DNA of 64,000 nt, taken from positions 2,808,874 to 2,872,873 of the forward strand of contig OZ220464.1 of the NCBI GenBank assembly GCA_965115825.1. The letters run 5' to 3'. A model generated the notes under the pieces. That model searched no databases, was not told the origin of the DNA, and saw nothing but the letters and a program-made list of their open reading frames with translations. Position 1 is the first letter of the stretch. Every line of letters starts with the position of its first letter. This stretch comes from Dehalococcoidia bacterium (lineage in GTDB: Bacteria > Chloroflexota > Dehalococcoidia > Lucifugimonadales > UBA3495). A program made the position numbers and the translations under genes. Shown here in pieces: positions 58,903 to 64,000 of this stretch.

Positions 58903-58942
58903 AGTATTACGGGAGTATTACGAAGTATTACCAGAGCATTAC
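58903..58942. promoter_or_regulatory. Four phased direct repeats AG(T/C)ATTAC
   Basis: Starts at 58903, 58914, 58924, 58935, upstream of the surface-protein gene. Confidence 0.55.
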
Positions 58943-58987
58943 GGAGACGGAGCGATTTTGGCGCAATTTGAATTTGCGCCTACCCGG

Positions 58988-60049
58988 TCACAAAATTGGA
59001 ACGTCGGCGGTTTGGTAGTCGAGGTAGGCGGCGGTGACCAGGTCGTGCAGCTGACGGGAGTAGTCGTTGACCTGTTGCAGCAGAGCGGGCCGGTCGGCGG
59101 CGACGGGCCAATCGTGGTGCAGTAGAGATTCCAATCGTTCAGCCAGGCGACGGGCCGCTGTGTCCGCGGCGCGGTCAGGCCCGGGCGCCAGGGCGGCCAG
59201 TTCGGCGGCGGCGGCGTCCAGAGAGCTGCGTAGAGAATCGGGCAGCAGTGGGTCGGTAACCAGCAGGTCAAGCACCTGGCTGGGCACGACTTCAACGCTG
59301 TAGGCGTGGTTATACGCGGCCATAGCGTGGTAGAGGCGGAGCAGCGTAACCCAATCGGATTCGGAGCCGTCGCTGGGGGAAGAATCGGCGTCGGCAGGGA
59401 AGAGTTCCAGGTGTGCCAGCAGCAGCGCCGCCGCCAGCTGAGCCCGTTCCATGAACCGTCCCAGACGCATGAATCGCCAGCCTTCATCGCGGTACATAGT
59501 TGCGGCGGCGACGCCCATGAAGGTGTCAACGTCGGCGGACACGGTGGCGTAGAAGGCTTCGGGCGATGCGTTCCAAATGTCGGTGATTGCAACCTGCTGG
59601 ATGCGCAGGTAAGCCAGGTTGAGGGATGTCCACATTTCGGGGCTGATGCAGTGGCGCATCTGGCGGGCGTTTTCGCGGCCCTGGGCGAAGCAGCTCCACA
59701 CGGAGCCGGGGTTGGAGCGCTCAAAAGTGAGGTCGTCGGCCAGGGTAAAGGAGTCGGCCAGGGTGTAATCGTCGCCGCCGTTCTGCTGCCAGTCCGCCGT
59801 GCCCGGCACGCCCATAACCTGGAGGGTTCCGGCGTTGGCGTCGGCGCCGTTGCCGAGGAGCAGTTCCGGACCGGTTCCGGGCGGCTGGCGGTTCAGGCTG
59901 GCGTAGATGCGGTTCCAGCCGGAGTAAATTTCGGAGACGGGGCGGTCAACCAAGGCTTCCGTTTGCAGGCGCAGCAGCCGGCAAAGGTGGTCGGCGCGTT
60001 CCAGATAGCGGCCCATCCAGTACAGGCCCTGCGCGCTGCGTGCCAGCAT
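58988..60049 (-). CDS. Alpha-E domain protein (DUF403)
   Basis: MLARSAQGLYWMGRYLERA, RENARQMR..IS.EMW, LGRFMERA. Confidence 0.9.
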   Translation of the reverse strand: MLARSAQGLYWMGRYLERADHLCRLLRLQTEALVDRPVSEIYSGWNRIYASLNRQPPGTGPELLLGNGADANAGTLQVMGVPGTADWQQNGGDDYTLADSFTLADDLTFERSNPGSVWSCFAQGRENARQMRHCISPEMWTSLNLAYLRIQQVAITDIWNASPEAFYATVSADVDTFMGVAAATMYRDEGWRFMRLGRFMERAQLAAALLLAHLELFPADADSSPSDGSESDWVTLLRLYHAMAAYNHAYSVEVVPSQVLDLLVTDPLLPDSLRSSLDAAAAELAALAPGPDRAADTAARRLAERLESLLHHDWPVAADRPALLQQVNDYSRQLHDLVTAAYLDYQTADVPIL

Positions 60050-60053
60050 AACG

Positions 60054-61499
60054 TTAATCCTCCAGCACCCAGACGTCCTTTCCGCCGCCGCCCTGGCTGG
60101 AGTTGACCACCAGGCTGCCCCGACGCAGCGCCACGCGGCAGAAAGCGCCCGGCACGATACGGGTGGTTTGCCCGTGCAGGATGAACGGACGCAGGTCAAC
60201 GTGGCGCGGCTCAAAGCGGCCGTCAATGAGGCAAGGGGCGCGGGAAAGGGCCAGCGTGGGCTGCGAGATAAAATCCGTGGGATTGGCGCGAACCTGCTCC
60301 GCGTACTCGGCGCGCTCGGCGGGAGTGGCGTGGGGGCCGACCAGCATACCGTAGCCGCCGGACTCGCCTACCCGCTTCACCACCAGCCGCTCCAGATTGT
60401 CGAGAGTGTATTCCAGCTCGGCGGGGCGACGGCAGAGGTAGGTTTCAACGTTTTGCAGCAAAGGCGCATCGTTGAGGTAGTAACGAATCATGTCGGGCAC
60501 GTAGGCGTACACGCTCTTGTCGTCGGCCACGCCGGTGCCGGGCGCGTTGGCCAGCGCCACGTTGCCCCGGCGGTAGGCGTCAATCAGGCCGGGGACGCCC
60601 AGGACGGAATCGGAACGGAACACCGATGGGTCAAGGAAGTCATCATCAACCCGGCGATAAATCACGTCAATGCGTTGCAGGCCGGCAGTGGTGCGCATAT
60701 AGATGAAACCGTCGCGCGCCAGCAGGTCGCGGCCCTCCACCAGCTCGGCGTCAATTTCCCGGGCCAGAAACATATGCTCGTAGAAAGCGGAGTTGTACAC
60801 GCCGGGAGTCAACAGCGCCACGCGGGGATTTGCGTCGCCGGACGGCGCCAGTTCGCGCAGGGTTTCCTGAAGCAGGCGGCCATAGCGCTCAACCTCCCGC
60901 ACCCGAGCGTCGCGATACAGGCGGCGCAGGCTGGTCTTGACCGCCTTGCGGTTGGCAATCATATATGAGACGCCGGAAGGCACGCGCAGGTTGTCTTCCA
61001 GCACGCGGAAACCGTCGTTGGTGCGCACCACGTCAGTGCCGCAAACGGCGACCCAAGCGCCGTGAGGAGGAGTGAAGCCGCGCATTTCGGGACGGTAATG
61101 TGGGCAATCGTACACTACATCGGCGGGAATCACGCCGTCGGCGATGATGCGCGCATCGCCGTACACGTCCTGCAAAAAGAGGTTGAGGGCGCGGAGCCGC
61201 TGCTCAAGCCCCGCAGCCAGGTTGTCCCAGTCGCGGGACGGCAGCAGCCGCGGGATGCAGTCAATGGGAATGATGCGCTCTTCGGCCTCTTCGTCCCCAT
61301 AGACGGTAAAGGTGATGCCTTCGTTGGAAAAGGAGCGCGTTACCCGTTCCTGGACGCCGGCCAATTCCGCATCGGAGAAACCGGCCAGCTCCCGCTGGAC
61401 GCGCCGCCAGCCCGGGCGCGGCTCCCCGTTGGGCAGAAACATCTCATCATAGATGGCGGCGTCGAGGTCGTAATCTTGAAATCGGTCCAGCGTGCTCAC
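60054..61499 (-). CDS. Circularly permuted type 2 ATP-grasp protein
   Basis: VLEDNLRVPSGVSY, IYRRVDDDFLDP, ANAPGTGVADDK, VVNSSQGGGGKD. Confidence 0.93.
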   Translation of the reverse strand: MSTLDRFQDYDLDAAIYDEMFLPNGEPRPGWRRVQRELAGFSDAELAGVQERVTRSFSNEGITFTVYGDEEAEERIIPIDCIPRLLPSRDWDNLAAGLEQRLRALNLFLQDVYGDARIIADGVIPADVVYDCPHYRPEMRGFTPPHGAWVAVCGTDVVRTNDGFRVLEDNLRVPSGVSYMIANRKAVKTSLRRLYRDARVREVERYGRLLQETLRELAPSGDANPRVALLTPGVYNSAFYEHMFLAREIDAELVEGRDLLARDGFIYMRTTAGLQRIDVIYRRVDDDFLDPSVFRSDSVLGVPGLIDAYRRGNVALANAPGTGVADDKSVYAYVPDMIRYYLNDAPLLQNVETYLCRRPAELEYTLDNLERLVVKRVGESGGYGMLVGPHATPAERAEYAEQVRANPTDFISQPTLALSRAPCLIDGRFEPRHVDLRPFILHGQTTRIVPGAFCRVALRRGSLVVNSSQGGGGKDVWVLED

Positions 61500-61729
61500 G
61501 ACAATTCCAGTAAGGCGGTGCGTTGCAGAGAGCGTAACAGATAACCCTACCCGGCACAAGCGAAGCGACGCAAAGCGCGAAGCCTATCAGGGATTTAGAG
61601 CTGTATTGACGACTGTACCCGCCGCCCCGGCTGCCGGCACGGTAGCAATCATCGGGCGAGGTGTGTCGAGCCGATGATTACCGTGCACGCGGTTAACCGA
61701 GGCTAGGCCCTCCAAATGCACGCTTGCTC

Positions 61730-62027
61730 TATAGCCCCGGCGCCCTCCCGCATCAGATTTTTGCACGAACCGATAGACCGTCCGCACCAGGTCCACCGGC
61801 TTACCCGCGGCGGCGGCCATTGCCAGCCGGCAGAACGACCGAGAGGTAGAGCGGCTGGTGGAGGCCGGCGCCGTACTGTGGTATCAATTCAGCCCACGGG
61901 AACTTACTCCTGAATAATTGCCACAGAGGGTTACAAAGCAGCAATCTCCGCCGAAGCACGGGGCTTCTTATATTCCAACATCCCGCAGGGCAATCATCCG
62001 ACAAAGTGTGTCAAGCTGATAATTGCC
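61730..62027 (+). pseudogene. Internally deleted copy of the 8510-9714 locus
   Basis: tcagatttttgcacgaa..ccgtccg (matches ~8533-8575) joined directly to the gene 3' end and downstream flank (matches ~9475-9714). Confidence 0.82.
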
Positions 62028-62034
62028 CGGTCGG

Positions 62035-62063
62035 TTGACGGGCTGCCCGCCAATTGCTAGAAT
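62035..62063 (+). promoter_or_regulatory. tRNA promoter
   Basis: TTGACG-17 bp-TAGAAT. Confidence 0.7.
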
Positions 62064-62074
62064 CCAATTGGATG

Positions 62075-62151
62075 GGGCGATTAGCTCAGTTGGTTAGAGT
62101 ACTTGCTCGACACGCAAGAGGTCGGTGGTTCGAGTCCACCATCGCCCACCA
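62075..62151 (+). tRNA. tRNA-Val(GAC)
   Basis: GGGCGAT/ATCGCCC acceptor stem, TAGCTCAGTTGG D-arm, CTTGC-TCGACAC-GCAAG anticodon arm, GGTTCGAGTCC, CCA end. Confidence 0.96.
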
Positions 62152-62165
62152 TACCAAGCTGCTTT

Positions 62166-62195
62166 AAGCGGGACGGGTTTGCCTCGTCCCGCTTT
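62166..62195 (+). terminator. Terminator hairpin
   Basis: aagcgggacg...cgtcccgcttt. Confidence 0.7.
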
Positions 62196-62261
62196 GCGCG
62201 TCAGGTACGGCCTCCTGCTGGGCCTTGACGGGCCGAAAAAGGCCGTGGCAACGCCGCAAGG

Positions 62262-63083
62262 TCAGTTTTTCAGCAACATCCCAGGCTGGCAACGCCGGCA
62301 GTAGCTGGTGATGCGCTGGTTTGCCCGCAGCTCCGTGATTGCGTTGCCGCACTGCGGACATGGCTGCCCGCCCTTATTGTGCACCGCCAGGAAATCCCGC
62401 GCCTTGTGGTCAATCCGCTCTCCCATGCGTAGGCGCGCTTGCTCAACGGCATCCAGGACAACCTCGCGTGAGCATTGGTAGATGCGGCGCAGTTCGTCGT
62501 CGGAAAGCTCGCGGCGTTTCTTGAACGGATACACGCCGGCACGGAACAGAATCTCGTCAGCGTAGGCGTTGCCGATGCCGGCGATGACCCGCCCCCGGGT
62601 CAGCGTCCCCTTGATTTCGCCGCTGAACCCTTTGAGGCCAGCCTTAAAGTCCTCGAAGCTGAAATCGTCCAGCGCGTCCGGCCCCTGCTCGGCCAGGCCG
62701 GGAACCGTCTCTGCCAGCTCCGCCGGCGCGTAGTAGAACTGCCCCATCTGCCGGTCGTCAACATAACGCAGGTCGTTTCCGTCGCAGAGGCCAAAGCGCA
62801 CGCACGTCTTCTTCAAGACCCGCTGTTTGCCGGAAACGTACTGCAATCCGCCGGTAAGCTTGGGGTTGATTACGATGACATAGTCGCCGGACAGCCTCAG
62901 CAGTAGAAACTTGCCGCGCCGGTCAATGGACAGAAACTCCCGGCCCACGGCGTCCTCCGGCAGCGGTTCCGCCAGCGAATGAACGACGCTGGGCTTGAGT
63001 ACCTGGGCCTCGGCGATGGATTGTCCCGGCAGGCGCGGGCGCAGAAACTCCACCGCTGCTTGAAGTTCGGGCGCTTCGGGCAT
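62262..63083 (-). CDS. Fpg/Nei family DNA glycosylase
   Basis: MPEAPE, RRGKFL, IAGIGNAYADEIL, C4 zinc finger. Confidence 0.92.
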   Translation of the reverse strand: MPEAPELQAAVEFLRPRLPGQSIAEAQVLKPSVVHSLAEPLPEDAVGREFLSIDRRGKFLLLRLSGDYVIVINPKLTGGLQYVSGKQRVLKKTCVRFGLCDGNDLRYVDDRQMGQFYYAPAELAETVPGLAEQGPDALDDFSFEDFKAGLKGFSGEIKGTLTRGRVIAGIGNAYADEILFRAGVYPFKKRRELSDDELRRIYQCSREVVLDAVEQARLRMGERIDHKARDFLAVHNKGGQPCPQCGNAITELRANQRITSYCRRCQPGMLLKN

Positions 63084-63122
63084 CGCGATCTGTTTCTGAC
63101 CTCTAAATCACTGGCCGCCAAA

Positions 63123-63461
63123 TCAGGAATCGTATGTGTCAAGCCAGCCGAACCTGCGAAAGCTGACCCGGCCGGCGTCGCTGAACTCCACGCCCTCTTC
63201 TTCAAGCAGCTCCCTTTGCAGCAGCGCGCCGAAGCCGACCCCGCGCGGACTGATTTTCCCCTGGGCGTTAATTACCCGTTGCCACGGTACATCATCCGAG
63301 CTGCCGTCCAGCGCGGCCAGGCAGTAGCCCACCATTCGCGGCGTGCAGTCGCCCACAATCTGAGCGATCTGTCCGTAGGTTGCCACCTGGCCGCGCGGAA
63401 TCTGCTGCACCACTGCCAGGACGCGCTCGTACACCGGGGCGACGGTCGCAGCATCCGGCAT
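63123..63461 (-). CDS. Alkyltransferase-like (ATL/MGMT family) protein
   Basis: IPRGQVATYGQIA, PWQRV (Trp at the catalytic Cys position), LLEEEGV. Confidence 0.88.
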   Translation of the reverse strand: MPDAATVAPVYERVLAVVQQIPRGQVATYGQIAQIVGDCTPRMVGYCLAALDGSSDDVPWQRVINAQGKISPRGVGFGALLQRELLEEEGVEFSDAGRVSFRRFGWLDTYDS

Positions 63462-63538
63462 AGGACGTTATTCTCCGTTATTCGAAGTAATGGCGCCGAC
63501 GCGGACAGATCCGGCCGGCCGCGCGGTTTCGGTGGGGG

Positions 63539-63877
63539 TTACCAGTTGACCAGGCCCGGCTTCTGCGCGCGCCAACCGTCATCCGACGGAAAGACGGTTT
63601 CCATCTCCACTCGGCCGAGGTCGCCGTCAAACATATGCTCCACGGCGGAGCGCCAGGCCACGTAGTGAGGCTGCTCGCGATGGGTGGCGTGCGCGGCGCG
63701 GTCGGCATATACCTCGTAGAGGTAAAAGCGGTTGGGATTGTCGGGGCTGCGCAGGATGTCAAAGCGGAAGCAGTTTTCCTCATCGCGGACGCTGCCCTGG
63801 CCGTCGCCCAGGCTGGCGGCGGCAAATTCATCAGCGTACCCGTCCTTGATGTTGATGGTAACAAAGATAGCGTACAT
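63539..63877 (-). CDS. ABM/LsrG-like cofactor-independent monooxygenase family protein
   Basis: SVRDEENCFRFDI, FYLYEVY, HREQPHY. Confidence 0.85.
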   Translation of the reverse strand: MYAIFVTINIKDGYADEFAAASLGDGQGSVRDEENCFRFDILRSPDNPNRFYLYEVYADRAAHATHREQPHYVAWRSAVEHMFDGDLGRVEMETVFPSDDGWRAQKPGLVNW

Positions 63878-64000
63878 CGGGGAATTCCTCCTGTAGATAT
63901 GAAGCGGCGGCGTGATCCGAGCGGCAAGCAAGCAACAGCCGCCAGCAGCATTATAGCAGGGGCGGATGGATTGCGATTGACTGCGTAAGCGGAATGTGCC

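Noticed and set aside
62075-62151. tRNA-anchored genomic island
   Set aside because: No integrase and no duplicated tRNA 3' end seen in the window

Overview
High-GC bacterial chromosomal segment. Gene content suggests Chloroflexota/Dehalococcoidia (SAR202-like), possibly host- or sponge-associated; this is inferred from expanded LLM monooxygenases, plant-type LRR proteins, Uma2 nucleases and S-layer-like proteins. Intact housekeeping/metabolic genes (gatB, secG, acs, tlyA, pncC-like, ggt, penicillin acylase, Fpg/Nei, tRNA-Val) alternate with accessory blocks shaped by local tandem duplication. Main observations: (1) a five-unit array at 20985-27833 in which four mosaic lipoprotein 'prodomain-only' genes precede one full-length paralogue fused to an S8 subtilase plus FN3-like domain; (2) a ferredoxin-thioredoxin reductase catalytic-subunit gene whose 'stop' is an in-frame UGA at the CHC cysteine followed by a SECIS-like hairpin, probably a selenoprotein; (3) a promoter-driven, ORF-poor ~330-nt structured region at 34950-35280; (4) three variable-heptad coiled-coil/nuclease-fold paralogues plus an internally deleted copy beside tRNA-Val; (5) a DNA methyltransferase with a C13 tract, a DUF3800 gene with a structured leader, a type IIG-like RM fusion, a triplicated DUF433 toxin-antitoxin locus and decaying LRR genes, one with a non-triplet 263-bp repeat. 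All calls come from reading motifs; no database searches were run.
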